From Candidatus Poribacteria bacterium (GTDB lineage: Bacteria > Poribacteria > WGA-4E > WGA-3G), in contig CBDBFU010000029.1 of assembly GCA_965205025.1 (NCBI GenBank), forward strand, positions 11,299 through 75,298: a stretch of 64,000 nucleotides of DNA, read 5' to 3'. Below the pieces are notes generated by a model that had not been told where the DNA came from, made no database searches, and was given only the letters and a program-made list of their open reading frames with translations. Both the position numbers and the translations under genes were made by a program. Positions 37,940 to 48,163 of the stretch are shown here, in pieces. Every line of letters begins with the position of its first letter. The stretch's first letter is position 1.

Positions 37940-39844
37940 TCATGATTTCTTCTGAATATAGGAGACAACACCGAGGATTCCCAGTCCAAGAATAAACATC
38001 CAAATCACATTTGTAAATGCGAGGAACGTCGATAGAGCCAATAGAATTGTTTCATACCAGTGTGTTTTCCGTATGAAGTATCCCATCGTCAGTATTGAGA
38101 ATATAATTGTACCAACTAATGCAGTCGCAACAGAGAATGTATTTTGTATGAGTGTACCTTCTAAAAGTATGTGTGTATAGGCAAAAAGAAGCGGCATTAT
38201 ATACAACATTTTTGCGAACTTAAAACATGCCCATCCAGTTTTCCACGGGTCTGCCCGTGCTATTGCAGCACCAGCATACGCCCCTAATGCAACAGGTGGG
38301 GTAATATTTGAATCTTGACTCAGCCAAAAAATAATTAGGTGTGCGACAATAACGGAAATCCCTATCTCTGTGAGTATTGGAACTGCTAACTGGGATGTAA
38401 TCAAATAAGCAGCGGTGACCGGAATTCCCATTCCTAAGACTAAGGATGCTGCCCCGAGCAGTAATATTGCGATTGCCCGGTTATTTCCTGCTACGGAGAG
38501 AATCAATTCTGGGAACATACCACCCAATCCTGTTAAGTCAATAACAGCAACAATAATGCCTATTGTTCCAACTGCTCCACCAATGGCAAGTGAGTTTTTC
38601 GCTCCTGTCACCATTGCTTCCCATATACGTTTAGGGGTTAATCGGGTTTCAGTTCGGAAGTAGCTTACTATTATTGTAACAAGTATTGAGAAGAAAGCTG
38701 ACTTATATGCTGAATACCCCTGCATAAGAGAAAGAATAAGGGTTATCAATGGTAATAAGTAAAACCATCCGGTCTTTAGGAGTGTTGTGAATTTTGGGAT
38801 TTCATCTTCTGGAATAGGTTGAAGACCTTGTTTTTTTGCCTCAAAATGTACCATCACCCATACAGATAAAAAATAGAGTACTGCTGGCACAATAGAAATG
38901 AGAGCGATTTTGCTATAGGGTAAACCTGTTCTCTCTGCGATCAAGAATGCCCCTGCCCCCATAACGGGAGGTAGAAATTGTCCACCTACAGATGCAGATG
39001 CTTCAACTGCCCCTGCTATATGAGGACGAAATCCTGTCCGTTTCATTAAGGGGATTGTAAATGCACCCGTAGTGACCGTATTTGCAATAGCACTGCCAGC
39101 AACGGAACCGAAGAATCCAGAGGTGACAACCGACACCTTCGCTGCACCACCAATTGACCTGCCTGTTAGGGACATAGGTAGGTCTATGAAGAACTGTCCT
39201 ACACCAGATTTTTCTAAGAATGCACCGAAAAAGATAAAAAGAACAACATAGGTTGCCATGACCTTTGCCATGATGCCAAAAATCCCATCTTGACCAAAGA
39301 AGCAGTGTTCAATAATTCGACGAGGCGTAAATCCTTGGTGGGAAATTACTTCTGGCATATATCGACCAAAAAGTGCATATAGAATACCAACTGCGGCAAT
39401 TATCGGTAATCCCCAGCCTACTGTACGTCGACTTACCTCTATACTTATAATGAGTCCAATTGCACCCATCACAATATCTAAGGATGTATATTCGCCAGCA
39501 CGATATGCGATATTTGTGTAATCTATTATCCAATACCCAATTGAACAGATGCTCAATATCATGAGTATGGTGTCAAAAATCGATGGTCGTGAGGAGGGTG
39601 ATTTTGAGGAGACCTTATAGAGTATTCCAATAAGAAAAAATGTGAGGAGAAGATAGAAACCGAGATGATACTGTTCTGAAGCGGAACCAAAACCTGCGCT
39701 ATAAATATAGAAACCAACGAAAAAGACAGCAATGACTTCATAAATCCATTTTGAAACACCTTGTAATTCGTTTCTATGTGCTTCAAAACCTATTAACTCT
39801 TTTGATTCTGTTTGTTCCATTAGATTAACTTTCAGATATAGCAC
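37940..39844 (-). CDS. TRAP transporter fused 4TM/12TM permease (TAXI-type)
   Basis: GIFG, FI.FGAFL, SGSAIAN-like and TG.FTIP.MK, EA.AS.GGQ.LPPVMGAGAF, LGMG.P.TAAY and ITPPVAL motifs. Confidence 0.92.
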   Translation of the reverse strand: MLYLKVNLMEQTESKELIGFEAHRNELQGVSKWIYEVIAVFFVGFYIYSAGFGSASEQYHLGFYLLLTFFLIGILYKVSSKSPSSRPSIFDTILMILSICSIGYWIIDYTNIAYRAGEYTSLDIVMGAIGLIISIEVSRRTVGWGLPIIAAVGILYALFGRYMPEVISHQGFTPRRIIEHCFFGQDGIFGIMAKVMATYVVLFIFFGAFLEKSGVGQFFIDLPMSLTGRSIGGAAKVSVVTSGFFGSVAGSAIANTVTTGAFTIPLMKRTGFRPHIAGAVEASASVGGQFLPPVMGAGAFLIAERTGLPYSKIALISIVPAVLYFLSVWVMVHFEAKKQGLQPIPEDEIPKFTTLLKTGWFYLLPLITLILSLMQGYSAYKSAFFSILVTIIVSYFRTETRLTPKRIWEAMVTGAKNSLAIGGAVGTIGIIVAVIDLTGLGGMFPELILSVAGNNRAIAILLLGAASLVLGMGIPVTAAYLITSQLAVPILTEIGISVIVAHLIIFWLSQDSNITPPVALGAYAGAAIARADPWKTGWACFKFAKMLYIMPLLFAYTHILLEGTLIQNTFSVATALVGTIIFSILTMGYFIRKTHWYETILLALSTFLAFTNVIWMFILGLGILGVVSYIQKKS

Positions 39845-40404
39845 AAAAAGATTATACTTGACTTTTAGATCAGGGGAATATCATCCGGCATAATAAACCC
39901 CCAACTTAGGAGACTACCTTGTGTTAACATCTTATCAAATCTACTATGTACTTTCAAATACTTCTTTTCAAATTTCAGAAACTAACCACACATCCGGTAG
40001 AAACACTGTTTTTGCTCTAACTTTCCAAAGTTTGTCAGATTTTGGATTTGATAGAATACTCATTCATAGTGCTACGACAAACGCATCAAACCTATAAAGA
40101 ACTGTAAAGTAAATTATACATTTCACTATAAATTTCCCAAAATTATATTATATCTCAATTTATTTTCATTTTTTTCTTGCTTTTTTTTTTTAAAACTTGG
40201 TAAAATAGTTACATTAAGACATTTATGTTTTACAAGTTATTATAATATATTCTTAATATGACTGATTTGTGAGACAAATTCGATAATACAATGAGTAACA
40301 ATTTTATTGTTGATAATGAACCTATCAATTGTGTCGAATTTTAAGCTAAAATGATAATTCATCAAAAATGACAAATTATGTGAATTTTTGATGGATATAT
40401 GTAT

Positions 40405-40460
40405 CAATACCTTCACCAAAAATACTTGAAATAAATCCAGGATAATTGGTGAAGGTATTG
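40405..40460. repeat. Perfect 15-bp inverted repeat (mini-element); related copy at 11629-11750
   Basis: CAATACCTTCACCAA...TTGGTGAAGGTATTG. Confidence 0.7.
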
Positions 40461-40480
40461 TCAAAGTTTATGTTATTTTC

Positions 40481-41235
40481 ATGCTGAATAAAACAGGTAA
40501 TCCAAAATCAAATATTTATTAGGCTTAACTTTTATTTACATAGTATTGATTATAGGATGCTATTTTTGGTATCAGTGGCATGTTCAGTCTTTTCGTGAAT
40601 CAATTATTGATGACAATGTTAATTCAAAAAAGACTATCAATAATCAACATGATCCCGATAAACCTGCCCAAAATACATCCGATAAAATTAATACTATATC
40701 AAATGATCAATCTATGACTGTAATTGAATCCATAGATAAAATCGATATTACCACAGAATATCAAGCTGAAAATAAAACTGAACTGCTAAATCAACCCCAA
40801 GCCCACCCTGAAAACAACATTGAAACTGAACCCGTTTCACCGTTCGGATTTGGGCATTATCCAAAAGTGCCAGATGGATACCCATATCAAAATCCATGGA
40901 TCACTAACGGACTAACAGAAAATGAGGCAAAAATATCTGAACTGCTTGAACGTGTCCGAATAAAACTATGGAATCAAGGTGAACCTCCAGAAGGAATATC
41001 TTGGGAAAACGGCAAAGTTTATCCGATTTATCCAAATACAATATATGTATCCTGGGACTATTCCGAAAATGAAGATGGTGTTTTAGAAAAATATCCGGGA
41101 GAAATTATTTCTGGTACAATGTCTGATGAAGCAGATATGCTTTTAGATGAAGGCGTAATACCTGATGGTATTACCGTATATGAAATGAGCGAGGCAGGTA
41201 TAGATCCCTATACCTTTCTCAATTTAAATAAATGA
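40481..41235 (+). CDS. Membrane-anchored acidic hypothetical protein (probable frameshift near 40499; ORF track starts at 40546)
   Basis: Adding one A gives MLNKTGKSKIKYLLGLTFIYIVLIIGCYFW; low-complexity linker; PVSPFGFG.YP.VP..YP domain ending GIDPYTFL. Confidence 0.65.
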
Positions 41236-41243
41236 GGTGAAAA

Positions 41244-41642
41244 ATGAGATTTATCGTAAGTCTTACTATCTGTGTCATGTTGTTAATGCCAATAGGCAAT
41301 CATTTAGATTCAGCAATAAATCGAGACGGAAAATTAACCGCACACGCAACCGCTAAAAAATCTAAAAGAGATAATCGTCTTAGATGTCTAACTAAATCAA
41401 TAAGTGATGACATCAGAATTATTAACGGTTGGTGGGGTATGACAATCCAAATTGACGATAAAACCTGGGATAGACCTACTGGAAGCGAAAGCCCACAGTA
41501 TAAAGGGAAAATAAATAGACGAATGTATAAACGCGAAAGAACCCATAAGGATAAAGGATATGCATGGGCATATATCAGTGGTGTTCATACAAGCGGTAAA
41601 GGATTTTATGCAGGCGCCTATGACGATGATATAACAAAGTGA
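41244..41642 (+). CDS. Small secreted basic hypothetical protein
   Basis: GAGGTG RBS; signal peptide; Lys/Arg- and aromatic-rich mature part. Confidence 0.65.
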   Translation: MRFIVSLTICVMLLMPIGNHLDSAINRDGKLTAHATAKKSKRDNRLRCLTKSISDDIRIINGWWGMTIQIDDKTWDRPTGSESPQYKGKINRRMYKRERTHKDKGYAWAYISGVHTSGKGFYAGAYDDDITK

Positions 41643-41764
41643 AGGGTATGTAAAGTTCATGGCATTAAAGCATTGGAAGGTATGTACTTTGACTCACGAT
41701 ACGTATGTAGTTAAGATCGTGGATCGGAATTTCCTCACACAGAAGAGTTTAATCATTAATTGGT

Positions 41765-43179
41765 TTAGAAATTGGTGCTGACACCAACCATGAATGTAGT
41801 CTTATGTATTGGTTCAAACTCAGAGATTCCATCATCCGTTACAACGCGTCTGAACCGATATTCATTAACAACGATAGTTTCAACTGGGGGGAAAATGGCA
41901 TAGCGGATCTCAAGATTAAGGGCAGATTTCTCATCTAAATCAAAGAGATCTTGAAAAAAGTTGTTGTTGCTATCCTGTCCAATATTTCTCTTGGTGTAAT
42001 AGGCGCGGAAGCCGAGACGTGGTATCAATCCAGATTCTGAAACTCCTAAATATATCTTTGAGGTGTCATTATTATAATTTTCAAATGCGGTTAAGAAATA
42101 GAGTTGTTTCAGTGGATGCCAAATGAGTTGTGTGAAGAAACCGTGCCTTGCTTCAATATCCTTTTCTAACCCCCAAAATACAGGCATTCCAGTTTCATAA
42201 GTATAGTCAAATACACCTGGTATATATCCATCACTAAAAGTACGATACTCAATCTTGAAAAGTGCTTTTGTATGAGCGAACCCGAAACCGACAGCATTAC
42301 CCCATGCCAATTCTAATGTAGATAAATCATTGTCCATATCGGATTTTGATGTTTGTTCTTCCTGTACCTCTGTTTCAACTGCTTCTATATCAAGATTCTG
42401 TGGATTTGGTGGTGGATTTAGAACAGCATAGTCATTGTATAGATCTAATCTAAATGTACTTGATTCATAAATTGGGAATCCGATATCTGCTCCTACTGCG
42501 TTAAGGGGTTGTTCATTTTCTTGAGATGAATCAGGGTCAATATCAGTAAGATATGTTGCACCCAGTTCGAAGCGTGTTAGGAGATTGTTGTTTTCAGTCT
42601 GTAGTATTGGTCTCACAAAACCCCGTCCACCGAAGATTGTAGGATTACCGAGATCATTAACCATCGTTTCAATGCCATACCTACTATCTGATTCTCTCAA
42701 ATTCAGGTGTAATCCACGACGATCATGATTAGCGTATCCGGACATAATTGATCCATGTCCGATTGTTAAATAATCAAATTCTCCTAAGCGAAAATAGAAT
42801 GGGTCGTAAGGACCGGCATAACTGATATACCGTATCAATCGTAGCCATGTGCTCGGACTATCCCACTTCTCCCCATCTTCAGCAAGGAATTGGTCTTCGC
42901 CACTTTCAGCATAAGGATTGTAAAGTAGGACAAGGTCAAAACCTAACCCAACTTTACCTAACGGAATTTCAGGTTGTAGTTGAAGACGGACATAAGCATC
43001 GCCATTAATGAAAGTTAATCCACCTCCATAGAATCCACTTGTTAAGAAATTTTGTTCAGCATAAGGTGTTAAACGATCTTGTGCTGAAATCGACTGACTT
43101 AAGGATAAAATTGAGATAAATAAAATGGCAACTATAGTTATGAAACGGGAAAACCTATTATCAATATTTAAGATGCAAT
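41765..43179 (-). CDS. Putative outer-membrane beta-barrel protein (true start about 340 nt upstream of the ORF-track start)
   Basis: Frame stays open upstream of 42838 through a signal peptide (RFITIVAILFISILSLSQSISAQ); amphipathic strands; C-terminal Phe; start codon uncertain. Confidence 0.6.
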
Positions 43180-43842
43180 TATCCTCCCATCTTTCATTTG
43201 TATCACTCTATCAGCGTTTTCTTTTAACCCTTCATGGTGGGTTACGATTGCTATAGTTGTTTGTTGTTCTTGTCGTATTTCCTGTATTAGGTTCATCATG
43301 TTATCGCTTTGACGACTGTCTAAATTTGCTGTTGGCTCATCAGCGAATATAATTTTCGGTTGGTTGGCAAGTGCTCGTGCAAAAGAGACACGTTGTTTTT
43401 CACCACCCGACATTTGGGCAGGTCGATGATGGAGACGTTCACTTAATCCTACCCGTGTGAGTAATTCTATTGAGCGTTTTTCTGATTCAGTACGGCTTGT
43501 TTTTGTTATGTCCATAGCAACCATTACATTTTCAAGTGCTGTTAGGTAAGGTAATAGATGAAACAATTGAAAAACAAACCCTATTTTTTCCCGCCGGATC
43601 ACACTCAAGTCTTGATTTTCTGGATCAATCACTTCACCGTCAATTCGTAACTCCCCAGAATCCGGTGTTAGAATACATCCAAGGAGACTAATCAGTGTAG
43701 TTTTACCACACCCACTGTCTCCCATGATCATTACTAATTCGCCTTCTTCTATTTGGATATCAACAGAATTAATTGCATCAACAGCGGCATCTCCAATACC
43801 AAATTGTTTATTTAATCCAATTCCTTCTATAATAGTAGCCAT
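43168..43842 (-). CDS. ABC transporter ATP-binding protein (LolD/MacB type)
   Basis: GDSGCGKT, GFVFQ.F.L, MSGGEKQR, ADEPT.NLD and VTH motifs. Confidence 0.93.
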   Translation of the reverse strand: MATIIEGIGLNKQFGIGDAAVDAINSVDIQIEEGELVMIMGDSGCGKTTLISLLGCILTPDSGELRIDGEVIDPENQDLSVIRREKIGFVFQLFHLLPYLTALENVMVAMDITKTSRTESEKRSIELLTRVGLSERLHHRPAQMSGGEKQRVSFARALANQPKIIFADEPTANLDSRQSDNMMNLIQEIRQEQQTTIAIVTHHEGLKENADRVIQMKDGRIIAS

Positions 43843-43864
43843 AATTAATTCCTTATTCTATGCA

Positions 43865-45061
43865 TCATGCATCAGAAAGTGCGAATGTTTGTACTTGAGG
43901 TGTATAACCCATATCAATTTCGCCACGAAATGCAATCATTGGATCAACACCAATCGCCCTACGTGCCGCAAGATAACCGCTACCACAGCAAACAATTATA
44001 CTAATGACGGCAACAATGATTGACTCAGTAAAGTTTATTGCAACAAATATCGGAGCTGCTGCAGCGAAAATATATGAAAGGCAAAATCCTAATGAAACCC
44101 CGATAACTGAGATAATGGCTACCTGCTTGAGCAATAGTGACATTACGTATTGGTTAGACCCGCCTATAGCTTTTAAGACACCGATTTCTTGTGTCTTCTC
44201 AAGCATTGTTACATAGGTAATCATACCTATCAATAAGCCGGAAGCAATCCACAACATAACTCGTAGGAATTGTACCGCTTTCATCGGTTCGTCAACATAA
44301 TATCCAATAATATCATCAAGTGTTTGTTTTACAGTCCGTGCTTCAATAGCATCTGAAGCATCTAAATTAGCCGAAATTGTAGCAGCTTGATTGGTTTTTC
44401 CAGGAATTACACTTGGTTTTGATTTAGCAATCATCATGTTAACACGAGGATAGTTCCCAAGAAGAACTTTTTGTGCGACCCGAATATCCATAAAAAGCAA
44501 GGGTGTATCTAATACAAACATAAGACTCTTTGTTTTCCCAACGACTCTCAGAGTGTCTGTACCTATAGTAATTTGCTCTCCAATTTGAATCCCCATTTTT
44601 TCATCAACAATAACTTCATCAGGCACAGGATCTTCTGGTCGGTAGTCTTCAAATTTACTTGATTGGAACATTTTTCCTTCAATTACCCCGGTTGGACCAC
44701 CAAGTTTGTCTGCCATATATCCAACAATAATTGCTTTAGTAGACTTCCCTCGTATCAAAGGACGCGCTTGTGCAAAAATCAATGGAGATACAGATCCTTT
44801 TTCTAAGTCTTGTGAAGCATTCAATGGTGCCATATTTTCTTCTATAAGTAGTGAAAATCCTATGAATGCCCCGCCCGATCCTTCTGCAGAAATCCAGATG
44901 TCTGCGCCAGTTGATTTCACGTACTGTTGTGCTTGAATACGCATACCGTGCATAATACCTCCAAGCAAAAGGATGAGTGAAACCAACACGGTTATACCTA
45001 CAGATGTAAGTATCACACGTGTGCGCCGGTATCGCATATCTTTGAGGAATAGTGTATTCAT
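43865..45061 (-). CDS. FtsX/MacB-like ABC transporter permease
   Basis: 4-TM topology; ADIW; E...EIGVLKAIG; AARRA..VDP...FR. Confidence 0.88.
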   Translation of the reverse strand: MNTLFLKDMRYRRTRVILTSVGITVLVSLILLLGGIMHGMRIQAQQYVKSTGADIWISAEGSGGAFIGFSLLIEENMAPLNASQDLEKGSVSPLIFAQARPLIRGKSTKAIIVGYMADKLGGPTGVIEGKMFQSSKFEDYRPEDPVPDEVIVDEKMGIQIGEQITIGTDTLRVVGKTKSLMFVLDTPLLFMDIRVAQKVLLGNYPRVNMMIAKSKPSVIPGKTNQAATISANLDASDAIEARTVKQTLDDIIGYYVDEPMKAVQFLRVMLWIASGLLIGMITYVTMLEKTQEIGVLKAIGGSNQYVMSLLLKQVAIISVIGVSLGFCLSYIFAAAAPIFVAINFTESIIVAVISIIVCCGSGYLAARRAIGVDPMIAFRGEIDMGYTPQVQTFALSDA

Positions 45062-45074
45062 TTATCTACCTTTA

Positions 45075-45968
45075 TTATGAGGATAGTCTTTCTGGCATAA
45101 TTTGTCTTTTACGTCTATGGAGTTGGACATGGTCATTGTATGTTCCGAAATCTGCATCTGTACCGGATTCTCGGTCTAAGAAAAGAGGAAATTCGGATGC
45201 AGGAGGTTTTGCATTATGGTATGCGTGGTTATAACTCCGCATAATGATGCGTTGTTCACGGTTAAGGGTATCTAACCATTCAGGTGATGAATGAAACCGA
45301 TCAGCCGGTGTTACCCAGGATGGACAATATGCAACAAAGATGTTGTAACGAACAACATCACTTTCGTTAGTCTCAACACGGTGCCATATACTGGAATGCA
45401 TAACCGTCATTGTTCCTTTTTGTAAGCAGACAATTTTTTCTCTGGGAATACTCTCATGGGTGTCGTATTCATCCATATATTGGTGACGATGACTACCGGG
45501 TAATACTACAAGATTTCCCATTTTTTCTTCTGGTAGGTCTGTTAACCAATAACCTATTTTGATTTGTAAGGGTAATTGTGGTGAGAATACTCCGTAAGGA
45601 AGTGCACGCGCTCCATCTGGGTGCCATTGGTTATACTGTTTGCCTCCGGGTGGACGAAGAAAGAATTGACTCTGATGTAATTTGAGTAGTTCTCCAAACA
45701 GGTCGTAGGCATACCCAACATGTCGTTCATGGTCAATTAAATTTGAAAAAACTGGATCACGTTCGACTATATTTTCAAGATGGAGATATCCACCAGGGGT
45801 GTATTTTGGATTGTTTGCTGCTGTTCTATCTATTGCATCCTTATACATCTGGATATCTGTTTCAGGAATGGCGTTTTCAATGAAGATGATACCGTCTTCA
45901 TTAAATGTTTCCCACTGCTGAGGTGTGAATCCTGGTGGTGCGATGCGATATTTCTCTTGCTTATCCAT
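45075..45968 (-). CDS. PhyH-family dioxygenase
   Basis: F...G, WH.D, L.VLPGSH and G......S.WH......R motifs. Confidence 0.87.
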   Translation of the reverse strand: MDKQEKYRIAPPGFTPQQWETFNEDGIIFIENAIPETDIQMYKDAIDRTAANNPKYTPGGYLHLENIVERDPVFSNLIDHERHVGYAYDLFGELLKLHQSQFFLRPPGGKQYNQWHPDGARALPYGVFSPQLPLQIKIGYWLTDLPEEKMGNLVVLPGSHRHQYMDEYDTHESIPREKIVCLQKGTMTVMHSSIWHRVETNESDVVRYNIFVAYCPSWVTPADRFHSSPEWLDTLNREQRIIMRSYNHAYHNAKPPASEFPLFLDRESGTDADFGTYNDHVQLHRRKRQIMPERLSS

Positions 45969-46185
45969 TGTATTTCTCCAGATTGGTTTTATTCTGGTTC
46001 TACTTCTGAATGTTTACAAATTCTCAATTGAACATTTATATAATCACAATTCAAGGATCAATATTTGAATGAAATCACATTAGGCATGCTTCTGAAAATT
46101 GGAGAAAACAAATTTCCTAAGATCGAACTACAAGATAGCATACTTACTCTTCACTCCAACACTGAATTCGGTGAACATAGTTATT

Positions 46186-46370
46186 ACCTATAACCGGCAA
46201 GTAGTTCTCATTCAACCAAAAACAGATTATCCGCATCCAGATTGTAATTATTCACGAAACTAAATCTATGCAATCACATAATATCTTTGCTGTTTTCGTT
46301 GAATAAAATAAACACATTATGAAGCTGAATAAACCAGTTATGGTGAATTTCTCAATTGACGGTTATAGGT
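46186..46370. mobile_element. Putative MITE
   Basis: 11-bp inverted ends ACCTATAACCG/CGGTTATAGGT; single copy in the window. Confidence 0.4.
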
Positions 46371-46504
46371 TAAACTTATGATTTAGATAGATTCAACAGT
46401 AGATAGTGGTAACATAATGCAAATACCATACCATACTAACTATTTAACAAGGATATTATGGATTGAAACACTAAGGCATTCGTCAAAATCAATCAAGAAT
46501 TAAT

Positions 46505-46520
46505 AGCAATATCTATGCCA
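46505..46520 (-). promoter_or_regulatory. Sigma54 (-24/-12) promoter
   Basis: Minus strand TGGCATAGATATTGCT, with correct GG-N10-GC spacing. Confidence 0.65.
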
Positions 46521-46572
46521 GTCTAACTGTTATTGCCATAGCCATATTCTAAACAATATGTTCATATCTAAC

Positions 46573-46619
46573 TGCCCTAATTGGTGCAGTATATCAACAG
46601 AATTGCACATCATAGGGCA
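46573..46619. promoter_or_regulatory. Paired NtrC-like enhancer sites
   Basis: TGCCCTAATTGGTGCA and TGCACATCATAGGGCA, 31 bp apart, 53-99 bp upstream of the -24 element. Confidence 0.6.
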
Positions 46620-46702
46620 GAGTCGTAATCGATTCAATAAACTATTACCAGTTTACCTTTATCCAGTAAATAACTCTATGTAGAAAATAATATGAGTGCA
46701 TA

Positions 46703-48100
46703 TTATGGACTATTATTCTCCAAAATATCTACTAAGTGAGGGTGTATTTCTACATCATACGGTTCAGAAATTATCAAACCTTTATGAGTTTCACGGAGTC
46801 TTGAGAGACCATTATTTGTCTGTTCTTGGATTTCTTTCAGATGTGGGAAATTATATACCAATTCTCCATCCTTGACAATTGGTATTAAGAGTGGTTGACC
46901 ATCAGAAATAGGTTCATCCCACAATGCTATACTGTCTTTACTATAATAACCATCCGTGTCAACATATCTATAGACTTGCTTTCTCCCAGGAAGAGTTGCT
47001 TTATCGGGTTCATCCAACGATAACTTGCCAACCAGAACTCCATCCTTTTCAACTAATTTATACACACCACCGAGAGCAGCCACACCTCCTTTATGGACTT
47101 CGGATGTGTCACCTGTTGCGAGCCGTGTGCCGACACCAAAACCATCTATTGGTGCACCAGCCTGGAGTAGTGATTGGATGTGATATTCATCGAGTTCATG
47201 ACTTACTATAATCTGGACATAATTCAATCCCTCACTGTCAAGTATACTCCGTACTTTTCTACTGAGTGATAATAAATCCCCGCTATCTAATCTTACTGAG
47301 CGTAATTTTGCCCCTTTAGCTTCCATCTCATGTGCAACGATACAAGCATTTTTAGCACCTTCAATTGTATCATAGGTATCAATTAGGAATGTAGTATTAT
47401 CAGGAAATACATTCGCATATTCTTTAAATGCTTCGATTTCGGTCTTGCGTTCCATGACGAATTTATGTGCCATTGTACCGACAAAAGGTATGTCAAAATA
47501 ACGACCTGCCTGAACAAGAGATGTACCGCTTACTCCACCGATGTAAGAAGCACGTGCAGCTAAAATACCCGCATCCCTACCGTGTGCGCGTCTTGCACCA
47601 AAATCGTAGACTGGTTTTCCTTGTGCTGCATATACAATACGGGAGGCTTTGGTTGCAATCAACGTCTGGAAATTCATTACACATAGCAAGTATGTTTCAA
47701 ATAGTTGTATATCCCTTGAACGTCCGGTAATGTTAATGATAGGTTCATTTGGGAATACAAGTGTCCCTTCAGGGACAGCATAAACCGATCCTTCAAATCG
47801 GAAATTCTTTAACGATTGAAGGTATTCTTTTCTTAAATTTCCATTTTCTAATAACCAATTGAGAATCTCATCAGAGAATTGAAGGTTCAGAACATAGTGA
47901 ATTGCTTGTTCAAGTCCAGCTGCAATGAGATATTCACCTTGTGGAATCTTTCGGACATAGTAATTGGCAGTAACGGTAGAATTGTTCTTGTTAATAAAAT
48001 CTGCTTGCCCCATGGTGAGTTGATAGTAGTCAACAAACAACGCTGTATCTGATTCAGTTAATAATGCTGAAATTGGAGAGAGATAGGGATCGGGTTGCAT
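46703..48100 (-). CDS. pncB: Nicotinate phosphoribosyltransferase
   Basis: D.YQLTM, DFGARRAHG, GTMAH, LIDTYD, VRLDSGD, FGVGT and GVYKL motifs. Confidence 0.94.
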   Translation of the reverse strand: MQPDPYLSPISALLTESDTALFVDYYQLTMGQADFINKNNSTVTANYYVRKIPQGEYLIAAGLEQAIHYVLNLQFSDEILNWLLENGNLRKEYLQSLKNFRFEGSVYAVPEGTLVFPNEPIINITGRSRDIQLFETYLLCVMNFQTLIATKASRIVYAAQGKPVYDFGARRAHGRDAGILAARASYIGGVSGTSLVQAGRYFDIPFVGTMAHKFVMERKTEIEAFKEYANVFPDNTTFLIDTYDTIEGAKNACIVAHEMEAKGAKLRSVRLDSGDLLSLSRKVRSILDSEGLNYVQIIVSHELDEYHIQSLLQAGAPIDGFGVGTRLATGDTSEVHKGGVAALGGVYKLVEKDGVLVGKLSLDEPDKATLPGRKQVYRYVDTDGYYSKDSIALWDEPISDGQPLLIPIVKDGELVYNFPHLKEIQEQTNNGLSRLRETHKGLIISEPYDVEIHPHLVDILENNSP

Positions 48101-48163
48101 AGGAATGGTTTGTGGTGGAGAAAAAATCCACTATGGGTCAGTTATTGGTTATATATAGTCTGA

